Part shown: piece by piece, positions 1 to 8,387 of the stretch | Layout of the letters: every line of letters starts with the position of its first letter | Numbering within the stretch: the first letter of the stretch is position 1 | IMG/VR virus record: IMGVR_UViG_3300021375_002114 | Span: 1 to 53,702 of that record | From: a virus | Lineage: Duplodnaviria > Caudoviricetes | DNA length: 53,702 nucleotides | Direction: 5' to 3' (one strand) | The notes under the pieces: generated by a model | Databases searched by the model: none | Seen by the model: the letters and a program-made list of their open reading frames with translations, nothing else | Told to the model about the DNA's origin: nothing | Position numbers and translations under genes: made by a program

Positions 1-1
1 T

Positions 2-907
2 GAAAAGTATAGGCCCAATGACATCGACGGATATGTGTTCCGTGATGAAGAACAAAAAGCACAAGTAAAAACTTGGATAGATGAGGGTGCTATTCCGCAT
101 TTGTTGTTTAGTGGTGCACCTGGTGTAGGTAAAACAACACTGGCAAAGATACTGATCAAACAACTTGAAATAGATGACTTTGATGTGCTAGAAATAAACG
201 CATCAAGAGAGAATTCTATTGACACAATACGTGATAAGATCACAGGCTTTGTACAAACAATGCCATTTGGTGACTTCAAGGTAGTACTGTTAGATGAGGC
301 TGATTATATATCGCCAAACGGACAAGCGGCACTGCGTGGTGTTATGGAAACCTATCATGCTAGTGCAAGATTTATACTAACTTGTAACTATCCAAACAGA
401 GTTATTCCAGCATTACATTCAAGATGTCAAGGCTTTCACATTGAAAAAGTAGACAAGACAGAGTTTACTGCACGTATTGCCACTGTGCTGGTTGCAGAAA
501 ATGTTGAACTTGATATTGAAACACTGGACACTTATGTACGTAGCACCTATCCAGATCTACGTAAGTGTTTGAACCTGTGTCAAATGAATAGCACAGATGG
601 CAAACTTACAAACGTAAAAGGCGATGAAGGTAACACTAGCGACTGGCGTGTTGATGCAGTAAACTTGTTCAAAGCAGGCAAGATCATAGAAGCACGTAAA
701 CTAATGTGTGCCACTGTGCGTCCAGAAGAGATGGAAGATGTGTTTCGTTGGATGTATGACAACTTAGAATTGTTTAGTACAACTCCAGAAGGACAAGACA
801 GTGCTATTATGGCAATACGTACAGGACTGGTTAATCACAGTTTTGTAGCAGATCCGGAAATTAATCTAAGTGCAACAATGGTAGAGCTATCGCAAATTAA
901 TGGGTGA
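2..907 (+). CDS. gp44: Clamp loader AAA+ subunit (T4 gp44 / RFC small-subunit-like), 5'-truncated by the window
   Basis: Frame is open from nt 2 (EKYRP motif); Walker A GAPGVGKT, INAS, Walker B LLDEAD, SRC motif. Confidence 0.93.
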   Translation, partial: EKYRPNDIDGYVFRDEEQKAQVKTWIDEGAIPHLLFSGAPGVGKTTLAKILIKQLEIDDFDVLEINASRENSIDTIRDKITGFVQTMPFGDFKVVLLDEADYISPNGQAALRGVMETYHASARFILTCNYPNRVIPALHSRCQGFHIEKVDKTEFTARIATVLVAENVELDIETLDTYVRSTYPDLRKCLNLCQMNSTDGKLTNVKGDEGNTSDWRVDAVNLFKAGKIIEARKLMCATVRPEEMEDVFRWMYDNLELFSTTPEGQDSAIMAIRTGLVNHSFVADPEINLSATMVELSQING

Positions 908-1127
908 AGTTGTACAATTTAAACCAAGAGAACAAGTATTCATACTGAAGTTTACTGCTCCACGACCACTAAAGATGCACAAGACTGGCAAGGAACGTAT
1001 CACATTATCTCTTGAAAAAGTCGACGAACACACAGGCATAGGACAAGCATGGGTGCCAGCATCTAACAAACGTGCGGCACAAGAAAAACTTAGTAAAATG
1101 ATAGAAATAATAGAATTTTTAGACTAA
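900..1127 (+). CDS. Hypothetical protein
   Basis: 75-aa ORF overlapping the clamp loader stop, co-oriented. Confidence 0.65.
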   Translation: MGEVVQFKPREQVFILKFTAPRPLKMHKTGKERITLSLEKVDEHTGIGQAWVPASNKRAAQEKLSKMIEIIEFLD

Positions 1128-1145
1128 CCTAAATGCAGAAAAAGG

Positions 1146-1173
1146 TTGACATATCCTATAACTGTGCTATTAT
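1146..1173 (+). promoter_or_regulatory. Sigma70-type (early) promoter
   Basis: TTGACA-N16-TATTAT with TGn extension; 33/38 nt identical to the promoter region 3505-3542; GGAG SD downstream. Confidence 0.8.
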
Positions 1174-1203
1174 ATATGTATAGTTAGAAACAAGGAGAGC
1201 TAG

Positions 1204-1479
1204 ATGACAAAGATAGATTTTATAAGTGCTGAAGATGGTGGTATTAAGTTTTACGGTGGTAGAGATGATAAAGCCATGCAACTTAATTGTGTTGGTTTTG
1301 CAAAGACACCTGAGATGGTTAATTATATAATCAAAACTAGAGGTTTAGCAAATCAAGTTATGCACAGTAGTTCAATGGATTTTGCAGATGAATATGGTTT
1401 TGACAACCATGATGGTGCATGGATTTTATGGCAAGATGGTTATGAGCTAGATGATAAAAAAGCCGCAGAGGTAGCATAG
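1204..1479 (+). CDS. Hypothetical protein
   Basis: 91-aa ORF with AAGGAG SD just after a promoter. Confidence 0.8.
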   Translation: MTKIDFISAEDGGIKFYGGRDDKAMQLNCVGFAKTPEMVNYIIKTRGLANQVMHSSSMDFADEYGFDNHDGAWILWQDGYELDDKKAAEVA

Positions 1480-1488
1480 TCAACCTAA

Positions 1489-2610
1489 ATGATCAAAACA
1501 CTTCATAACATTTGGAACATCAAACAAGTAGAAGGCGATGAGTTTACTGGTTATGAAAGTGTCTACGATCAACTAGATGCATTTGATAAAGCACAGTATG
1601 ATGCTGACCCACAAGGTACCATTGAGAAAGTGTACAACATATATCGTAGTATCGATCTAGTTCCTATTGTCTACTACACACACAAAGGACTGGTTGATGC
1701 AGTACGTAAATTTAGCAAACTAAACTATAACAATGTAGATCAAGGTAAAATTGGACTAGGCAACAACAGAGGACAAACAATAAACAGATTTCTATTTCCA
1801 AACATGATGACTGCTGAACCAAAGGGCAGAGGATCAAACAGTTTACGAGATAGATTTTTTGATGAACGTAAATTAAAACGTGCAATACGTATTTGTTTTG
1901 AATTTAGAACAGGCGATAGATTGTTACGTCCAACACAGTTAAGGACTGCACTAGAACTAGTCACAGGAGAAAATGTTACTAACTTTAAAGCACAAAATGC
2001 CAAAGCAATAGCGGAGCATCTATGCCCTGTGTTATGGGGTAATGTGTATGATTACAGTTGTGGTTATGGTGGTAGATTATTAGGTATAGGGTCCAGTAAC
2101 TTTAAGTACAACTATGTAGGTGTTGAACCAAACACAGAAACCGTTGAATACTTAAATTATTTGAATGACGTAATAGATGAAGCAACAGGTGTTAGAGGTA
2201 CTATCATACAAGATGTTAGTGAAAATTATCAACCTGAGGACATCGATCTAGCATTTTCAAGTCCTCCTTATTTTAACTTGGAGAAGTATAGCAATGAAGA
2301 AACACAGTGCATGGTCCGATACACCACCGAAGACGAATGGTTTGAAGGATACGTTATTCCGACTATGGAAAATATTTACAGAGGGCTCAATCGAGAGGGA
2401 ATATTCGCAACGAATATCGCCGACTATAAATCGTATGATCGACCCGAGCCTTACGAAGTCACGGAAAGGTGGATCCAAACAGCAGAGAAGGTCGGCTTCA
2501 AACATGATGGAGTAATTAAGATGATGTTAAACACTAGACCAGGTGTGGGCAATGATCGCAAACAAGGAAGAGAAAAATGGGAGGGCGTCTATGTCTTTAG
2601 AAAAAACTAA
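1489..2610 (+). CDS. Amino (N4-C/N6-A) DNA methyltransferase
   Basis: SAM-binding motif YDYSCGYGGRLLG followed by catalytic FSSPPY. Confidence 0.8.
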   Translation: MIKTLHNIWNIKQVEGDEFTGYESVYDQLDAFDKAQYDADPQGTIEKVYNIYRSIDLVPIVYYTHKGLVDAVRKFSKLNYNNVDQGKIGLGNNRGQTINRFLFPNMMTAEPKGRGSNSLRDRFFDERKLKRAIRICFEFRTGDRLLRPTQLRTALELVTGENVTNFKAQNAKAIAEHLCPVLWGNVYDYSCGYGGRLLGIGSSNFKYNYVGVEPNTETVEYLNYLNDVIDEATGVRGTIIQDVSENYQPEDIDLAFSSPPYFNLEKYSNEETQCMVRYTTEDEWFEGYVIPTMENIYRGLNREGIFATNIADYKSYDRPEPYEVTERWIQTAEKVGFKHDGVIKMMLNTRPGVGNDRKQGREKWEGVYVFRKN

Positions 2611-3136
2611 GCCAACAGATTACATGAGGACTGTGCAGGACTATCCTGTAGAGGGTGTAAACTTTTATGATGTAAACAGTTTGTTTGCACAACCTGTGTG
2701 GAATCAAGTTGCCGCTGAACTAGCAGTAGAAATACAAAGACTGTTCAACACAAACAGTGAGATAACACACATTGTTGGGATTGAAAGCAGAGGCTTTGCA
2801 GTTGGTGCAGTATTAGCAAGTGTTATTGGTGTGCCGTTTATTATGGTACGTAAAAAAGGTTCCAAGTATCCTGGTAGTTTGTTAGAAGAAAGTTATGGCA
2901 CAGAATACAGCGAAGACACATTGGTGCTACAAGAAGGCTTACTAGGACATGCAAATAGAGTTCTTATTGTTGATGATTTAGTTGCAACTGGCGGAAGTAT
3001 GTTAGCAACAAAACGTTTAGTAGAACAAGCAGAAGCAAGAGTAGTTGGTTTTGCTAGTATTATTAATTTAACATATCTTAACTCAGAGGATATGAAACGT
3101 GAATTACACATAACTCAAGAGGAGATAACAAAATGA
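2591..3136 (+). CDS. apt: Adenine phosphoribosyltransferase
   Basis: DYPVEGVNFYD, GIESRGF, RKKG, PRPP-binding VLIVDDLVATGGS; start moved to ATG 2591. Confidence 0.88.
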   Translation: MSLEKTKPTDYMRTVQDYPVEGVNFYDVNSLFAQPVWNQVAAELAVEIQRLFNTNSEITHIVGIESRGFAVGAVLASVIGVPFIMVRKKGSKYPGSLLEESYGTEYSEDTLVLQEGLLGHANRVLIVDDLVATGGSMLATKRLVEQAEARVVGFASIINLTYLNSEDMKRELHITQEEITK

Positions 3137-3375
3137 GTAAATTTGACTGGGCAAGAATGTACAAAGACGAAGAGCATATTGAAAGAGAAGCATACAGTTG
3201 TGTTGAAACTGCAATATGCAATCATTATGATATTGAAGACATTGCAGAACTTACTGAAGAACAATGGGTTGATATACATGCATGGCAAGAAGAAAATGTT
3301 GGTGAATATTCTCCAATGAACATGGGATTCTCAGATGTGTATAATGTTTGGGAAATGAACAATGAAGACATTTGA
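3133..3375 (+). CDS. Hypothetical acidic protein
   Basis: 80-aa ORF, GGAG SD, 4-nt overlap with apt. Confidence 0.75.
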   Translation: MSKFDWARMYKDEEHIEREAYSCVETAICNHYDIEDIAELTEEQWVDIHAWQEENVGEYSPMNMGFSDVYNVWEMNNEDI

Positions 3376-3517
3376 TGTTGTGTATGAACCACGTGTGGAA
3401 GATCCTGTGGTTGTTGCAAGTTTTTCAACACATTTAGAAGCAGTTGAATACTTAGAACTGCTCAAAGAAAGCCGTCCCCAAACATATAAATTTTGCCAAA
3501 TCGTAGAAAAAGGTTGA
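3362..3517 (+). CDS. Small hypothetical protein (51 aa, not in ORF track)
   Basis: Manual translation MKTFDVVYEPRVEDPVVVASFSTHLEAVEYLELLKESRPQTYKFCQIVEKG; fills the gap between two genes. Confidence 0.6.
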   Translation: MKTFDVVYEPRVEDPVVVASFSTHLEAVEYLELLKESRPQTYKFCQIVEKG

Positions 3518-3541
3518 CTTATTCTTAAACTGTGTTATTAT
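3514..3541 (+). promoter_or_regulatory. Sigma70-type (early) promoter
   Basis: TTGACT-N16-TATTAT with TGn; near-copy of the 1137-1174 promoter. Confidence 0.78.
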
Positions 3542-3568
3542 AACAGCATAATAAGAAAAAGGAAACAC

Positions 3569-3781
3569 ATGTTTACAATAGCAACTGAAAGATTAGCAAT
3601 AGAAGATTACGTTAGCAAAAACTACATACATGATTTTGTCTACCAAGATGCAATTGGTTTTGAAGCATTGGATTATTATTTGACAATGCATGAATCAGTA
3701 ATGCTAGAGTTTGTATGCACATACTTAGACAACCAAAACGGTATAGCAACACCGTATCCAAAGTTGCCGATGACAATATAG
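3569..3781 (+). CDS. Hypothetical protein
   Basis: 70-aa ORF with AAGGA SD after a promoter. Confidence 0.7.
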   Translation: MFTIATERLAIEDYVSKNYIHDFVYQDAIGFEALDYYLTMHESVMLEFVCTYLDNQNGIATPYPKLPMTI

Positions 3782-3799
3782 ATAGAAAGAAAGATGTAA

Positions 3800-4396
3800 A
3801 TGAGATATAACAAATACGAAAAAACAATACTTACAGACTGCGATGGTGTACTACTAGATTGGGAGTGGGCATTTAATTGTTGGATGATACAACATGGATT
3901 TGAAACTACAGAAGGATACCAGTTCAAATATGATATGGCTGAACGTTATGGTATTCCAAAAGAGCAAGTAAAAAAACTTGTAAAGACCTTTAATGAAAGT
4001 GCCGCAATAGGATTTCTTCCAGTACTGCGTGATGCAATGTACTGGGTTAAGAGGCTACATGAACAACATGGTTATACATTTATATGCATAACAAGTCTAA
4101 GTCTAGATGAAAATGCTTACAAACTGCGTGAGATGAATTTACAAAAGATGTTTGGTAAAACTGCTTTTAGCAAACTGGTATGTTTGGATACAGGTGCAGA
4201 CAAAGATAAAGCACTGAGCAAGTATGCAGGTTCAAACTGTTACTGGTTAGAGGACAAGGTTGAAAATGCAACTGCTGGTTTGCAATTTGGACTGAAGCCT
4301 ATACTGATTGAACATGGACACAACATGAATGCAGATGTTGATTATCCAATATGTAAAAATTGGTTAGAGGTTTACAAAACTGTAACACAATCTTAA
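3800..4396 (+). CDS. HAD-family phosphatase / 5'(3')-deoxyribonucleotidase-like (T4 gp30.2-like)
   Basis: HAD motif I LTDCDGVL, motif II ITS, motif IV WLEDK. Confidence 0.8.
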   Translation: MRYNKYEKTILTDCDGVLLDWEWAFNCWMIQHGFETTEGYQFKYDMAERYGIPKEQVKKLVKTFNESAAIGFLPVLRDAMYWVKRLHEQHGYTFICITSLSLDENAYKLREMNLQKMFGKTAFSKLVCLDTGADKDKALSKYAGSNCYWLEDKVENATAGLQFGLKPILIEHGHNMNADVDYPICKNWLEVYKTVTQS

Positions 4397-4412
4397 TAAA
4401 ACTGTAACATTT
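4380..4412 (+). promoter_or_regulatory. Putative Pho box (PhoB-type tandem 11-bp repeats)
   Basis: CTGTAAC(4380)/TCTTAAT(4391)/CTGTAAC(4402) at exact 11-bp spacing upstream of a PiT-like gene. Confidence 0.6.
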
Positions 4413-4458
4413 ATAGTCTTAAATACCCTGTAAACACAACTTTTAACAAGAGGACATT

Positions 4459-5424
4459 ATGGACCAACTCACACTCTGGATGGCACTAGGCTTTTTATTT
4501 GCTGGCTATTCAGTTATTGCTAACGATTCAGTACAAACATTAGGTACATGGATAGCAAGTAACAATCAAAGATTTAAGTGGACGACAATGTGGGCTGCCG
4601 CAAGTGCAGTTCTATTATGGTGCCTTTGGTATGGATGGTATACCAATGGTGGAGATATAAGTTATGGTAGACTTACAAAGATTCCATTTCAAGAAATACA
4701 ATGGTATCATGCGGCGGCGCCGTTGGTATTATTACTGTTAACAAGGATAGGCGTACCAGTTAGTACGTCTTTTTTAGTTTTAAGTGCCTTTGCAAGTACA
4801 TTTATATTAGAGAAAATGCTTGTAAAGTCAATTATGGGATATGCAGTAGCAGGAGTATTTGCTTATTGTTTATGGATACTGATTGCACGTTGGTTAGACG
4901 AACGTAATGATCCTGTAAAAGAAGAACACAAAAAGTATTGGCGTATCGGACAATGGGTAACCACAGGCTTCTTATGGTTCACTTGGCTAAGTCATGACGT
5001 TGCCAACATAGCAGTGTTCTTACCAAGACAAGTTCCGTGGGATATGATGATAGGTGTAAGTTTAGTATTTGTACTAGGTTTAGGATTTATGTTCCGTGAA
5101 GGCGGAGGTAAGATACAAAAGATTGTATTGGAAAAGCAACACACTAGATATGTTAGAAGTGCATGTATTATTGATGGTGCATACTTCTTATGCTTGTTCT
5201 TCTTTAAAGAACTTAACAACATACCGATGTCAACTACATGGGTATTTGTTGGACTACTATGTGGTAGAGAACTAGCAATTAGTACAATGAGCAACGGATC
5301 ATACAGATTAAAGAATGTGTTTCCTATTGTAGGAAGAGACTTTATGAAGATGATGATCGGTTTAGGTGCAAGTTTAGGAATAGTACTAGCAATACACTAT
5401 GTAATAGTTCCAAACGGACTATAA
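4459..5424 (+). CDS. Multi-pass membrane protein, distant PiT/PHO4 phosphate transporter family
   Basis: Many hydrophobic segments; duplicated PiT-like signatures IANDSVQT/GVPVSTS and SHDVANIA/NIPMSTT. Confidence 0.7.
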   Translation: MDQLTLWMALGFLFAGYSVIANDSVQTLGTWIASNNQRFKWTTMWAAASAVLLWCLWYGWYTNGGDISYGRLTKIPFQEIQWYHAAAPLVLLLLTRIGVPVSTSFLVLSAFASTFILEKMLVKSIMGYAVAGVFAYCLWILIARWLDERNDPVKEEHKKYWRIGQWVTTGFLWFTWLSHDVANIAVFLPRQVPWDMMIGVSLVFVLGLGFMFREGGGKIQKIVLEKQHTRYVRSACIIDGAYFLCLFFFKELNNIPMSTTWVFVGLLCGRELAISTMSNGSYRLKNVFPIVGRDFMKMMIGLGASLGIVLAIHYVIVPNGL

Positions 5425-5431
5425 ATTACAC

Positions 5432-5484
5432 AATATCGACGTTGATGCTAAATAAACGAACGGCAACAGCGTCGATATTTTTTT
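5432..5484 (+). terminator. Intrinsic terminator-like hairpin with a TAAATA late promoter in its loop
   Basis: Arms 5432-5448 and 5463-5479 (AATATCGACG/CGTCGATATT perfect) followed by a T run; TAAATA at 5449-5454. Confidence 0.65.
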
Positions 5485-5507
5485 GACTAAAATTTTTTTT
5501 GACTAAA
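5478..5507 (+). repeat. Short tandem direct repeat TTTTTTTGACTAAA x2
   Basis: Copies at 5478-5491 and 5494-5507, just before the SD of the synthetase-like gene. Confidence 0.7.
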
Positions 5508-5517
5508 GGAAACAAAA

Positions 5518-6348
5518 ATGACACAACTAATAGACCCAAGCAAATTTACCGAGACAGTTGGCCTTTTAAGGTCATTTTTTTTGGAAAAAGGATTTCTTGA
5601 AGTACACACACAAAACAGATTGAGCATACTAGCCGCATGTGAAGATCCATTCAATGTAGCAACCTACAATTATGCAGGCCAAGTATGGCCACTACCGCAA
5701 ACCGGCCAGATGTGGTTGGAACATGAATTACTAAGTCAGCCCTCAGCAAAGGGCTTTTTTTGTGTCTCTACATCCTACAGACAAGAGCCTAATGCAATAC
5801 CAGGTAGACATGATATAATATTTCCAATGTTTGAATTTGAAATGCCAGGAAACGTAGATGACCTAAAAGCAATGGAGTATGAACTATGTGAATACCTAGG
5901 CTTTGGCAACATTACAGAAAAGACCTATGCTGAATGGCAACAACACTTTGGACTCGGTGCTGACGTAGAAATGGAAGCGGAACACGAACTAAAGATGGAA
6001 GAAGAGTTTGGTCAAACACTTATTACCAACTTTCCTGAACTAACTTCACCTTTCTGGAACATGGCTAGAAACGATGACGGAAATACAGCAAAGAAGATGG
6101 ACGTTATACTAGGTGGCATGGAAACTATTGGATCAGCAGAACGCTCATGTGATGTTGATATGATGCGTGATACATTCCATAGCATTGTAGATGGAGAGTA
6201 CGCAGAGTTGCTATTCAAACTATTTGGTAAGGAAAGAGTTGAAGCAGAACTAGAAAAGTTCTTAGAATTTGACTTCTTTCAAAGAGTAGGCGGAGGCATA
6301 GGTGTAACACGTATGATCCCTGCACTAGAAAAAATCAACAAGGTATAA
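5518..6348 (+). CDS. Class IIb (Asn/Asp) aminoacyl-tRNA synthetase catalytic core lacking the anticodon-binding OB domain (AsnRS-like / AS-AR-like)
   Basis: Motif 1 FFLEKGFLEVHT, LPQTGQMWLE, motif 2 SYRQEP..RH..FPMFEFE, motif 3 GGGIGVTRM; only 276 aa. Confidence 0.82.
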   Translation: MTQLIDPSKFTETVGLLRSFFLEKGFLEVHTQNRLSILAACEDPFNVATYNYAGQVWPLPQTGQMWLEHELLSQPSAKGFFCVSTSYRQEPNAIPGRHDIIFPMFEFEMPGNVDDLKAMEYELCEYLGFGNITEKTYAEWQQHFGLGADVEMEAEHELKMEEEFGQTLITNFPELTSPFWNMARNDDGNTAKKMDVILGGMETIGSAERSCDVDMMRDTFHSIVDGEYAELLFKLFGKERVEAELEKFLEFDFFQRVGGGIGVTRMIPALEKINKV

Positions 6349-6354
6349 GAATAA

Positions 6355-6457
6355 TCTGGGGTGGTGAAATTGGTAAACACGCACGGCTGTTAACCGTGTG
6401 GTTGAATGTACTGCAATATATTTAACCTTGTAGGTTCGAATCCTACCCCCGGAGCCA
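6355..6457 (+). tRNA. trnN: tRNA-Asn(GTT) with an abnormally long variable arm, CCA encoded
   Basis: Acceptor TCTGGGG/CCCCGGA, G73, CCA; D arm GTG..CAC; anticodon stem CACGG/CCGTG with loop CTGTTAA; T arm GTAGG-TTCGAAT-CCTAC; 31-nt variable region. Confidence 0.9.
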
Positions 6458-6476
6458 AATACCAATAAATACCTGT

Positions 6477-8387
6477 ATGAAAAATGTCTATCTCGCACAG
6501 GTTCCTTTTTGTGTACAAGAAAATATGCCAGTTTACTTTCCTTATAGTGCAGGATTACTGTGGAGCTATGCACAACAGTTCAAAGAAATAAACCAATACT
6601 ATCAACTCAAGGATATAATATTCCTGCGAGAAGACCCAGATGAGGTTGTGGCAAAACTTGAAAATCCAGATGTTTTTGGATTAAGTTGTTACGTATGGAA
6701 TATGCGATACAATGCAGTAATTGCACAAAAAGTAAAAAACAAATTTCCGCATTGTAAGATCATTGTCGGCGGTCCGCATGTTTCTGCAAACGATGTAGAC
6801 TTATTTAAAAAACATAGTTACTATGACATAGCAGTGTTTAGTGAAGGCGAACTGTTGTTTAAGGAAGTGCTTGAGAATCTACACGATGATCAAAAACTAC
6901 AAGAAGTCAAAGGTATTGGTATTAACCAAAATGGGTACATGAAAAAAACAGGCATGGGTAAGAGAACAGAAAAACTAGATGATATTCCAAGTCCGTATTT
7001 ACTAGGATTGTTCGAAGGCATGAAAGAACAATGTGAACAAAAAGGCATTAGTAGCATTAATGGATTATTTGAATCTAACCGAGGTTGTCCGTACTCATGT
7101 ACATTTTGCGACTGGGGGAATGGTGTTCTTGGAAAAGTAAAAAAATATGATATGCGTAGAGTAAAAAAAGAACTGTTGTGGTTTGCTAAAAATAAAATTG
7201 AATATATTTTAAACTGTGATGCAAATTGGGGAATCTTTGCTGACAGAGACTTAGAACTTACAAAGTTTATGTGTAAACTAAAACGCAGGTACGGATATCC
7301 TAAAATTTTTGATACCAATTGGGCAAAACACAGTAGTAATAAAGTAGTAGATATGGCTAAACTTTTCTTAGAACAAGATATGCTCAAACGTTTTACTGCA
7401 AGTATACAAAGTAGTAATCCTGATAGTTTGAAAGCAATCAAAAGAAAAAATCTACCTGAAGAAAAGGCAACTGCAATTATAGATTATGCAAGAGAAATGA
7501 ATATACATACAAATGTAGAACTTATTATTGGATTGCCACTTGATACATACGAAGATTTCAGAGATACTTTTATGAGCTATATGTTAAATGGAGCATATCC
7601 ATCAGTTGGTGTCCTTACTATTTTGCCTAGCAGTGAAATGGCTCATCCTGAATACAGGAAAAAATATGGAATGAAAACACAAATAAACACTAAGAAAAGT
7701 ACTCATGTGGACGAAGAGGACGAGTTAGTAATAGAAACAAACACAATGCCTAAAGCCAAAACCGAAAAACTAATATTGTTCTGTTGGTTTGTTGCTCAAT
7801 GGCATTTTCAAGGATATACAAACATTATTGCTGAATTTTTTGCAAAAAAATATAATACAAGTCTACACGTTTTTTATGAAACCTTAATAGACTTGATGTG
7901 TGTAGAAAAACAAACAATGCCTAATAAAGTAATATCTCCATACAAGAATCATATCGACAAACAAATTACTGCAGAATTAGATTTAGGAGCACAAAATCTT
8001 CCCTTTCATCAGTTAATCGGGCACGATCAACGATTTGAAACCTATGCTGGATTAAAAGAAATTGTTAAGCAAATGTTACCAGTAGACGATTTAGTCTACC
8101 TTGATGATCTATTGCATTTACAAGAAGCCTCACAGTTCAACTTGTATAGGTCAAAAGAATTTCACATTAATTTATCTTGTTCCTTACATGAATACATCAA
8201 TGGTAATCAAATACTAGAACATGGCGATTTCTGTTATAAAATCACACAAGATGAAACTGTACCACGCAATTTTGGTGAATTTATGGTACAAAATCGATGG
8301 AGTGGCAAATGGAAAAATCACATAGAATCTTACAACCGCAACCTGCGTAGTAATTATTATGCTAAAAACAACCTTATACCGGCCTGA
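6477..8387 (+). CDS. Cobalamin-binding radical SAM enzyme
   Basis: N-terminal B12-binding domain (GLSCYVWN, IVGGPH, EGE); RGCPYSCTFC cluster motif; DANWG. Confidence 0.87.
   Translation: MKNVYLAQVPFCVQENMPVYFPYSAGLLWSYAQQFKEINQYYQLKDIIFLREDPDEVVAKLENPDVFGLSCYVWNMRYNAVIAQKVKNKFPHCKIIVGGPHVSANDVDLFKKHSYYDIAVFSEGELLFKEVLENLHDDQKLQEVKGIGINQNGYMKKTGMGKRTEKLDDIPSPYLLGLFEGMKEQCEQKGISSINGLFESNRGCPYSCTFCDWGNGVLGKVKKYDMRRVKKELLWFAKNKIEYILNCDANWGIFADRDLELTKFMCKLKRRYGYPKIFDTNWAKHSSNKVVDMAKLFLEQDMLKRFTASIQSSNPDSLKAIKRKNLPEEKATAIIDYAREMNIHTNVELIIGLPLDTYEDFRDTFMSYMLNGAYPSVGVLTILPSSEMAHPEYRKKYGMKTQINTKKSTHVDEEDELVIETNTMPKAKTEKLILFCWFVAQWHFQGYTNIIAEFFAKKYNTSLHVFYETLIDLMCVEKQTMPNKVISPYKNHIDKQITAELDLGAQNLPFHQLIGHDQRFETYAGLKEIVKQMLPVDDLVYLDDLLHLQEASQFNLYRSKEFHINLSCSLHEYINGNQILEHGDFCYKITQDETVPRNFGEFMVQNRWSGKWKNHIESYNRNLRSNYYAKNNLIPA

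Noticed and set aside
6355-6457. tRNA-Sec, tRNA-Leu/Ser or intron-containing tRNA interpretation of the long-arm tRNA
   Set aside because: Anticodon is GTT in a canonical 7-nt loop, the acceptor is 7 bp with U1-A72/G73, and the extra stem sits at the variable-arm position with no recognisable splicing motif
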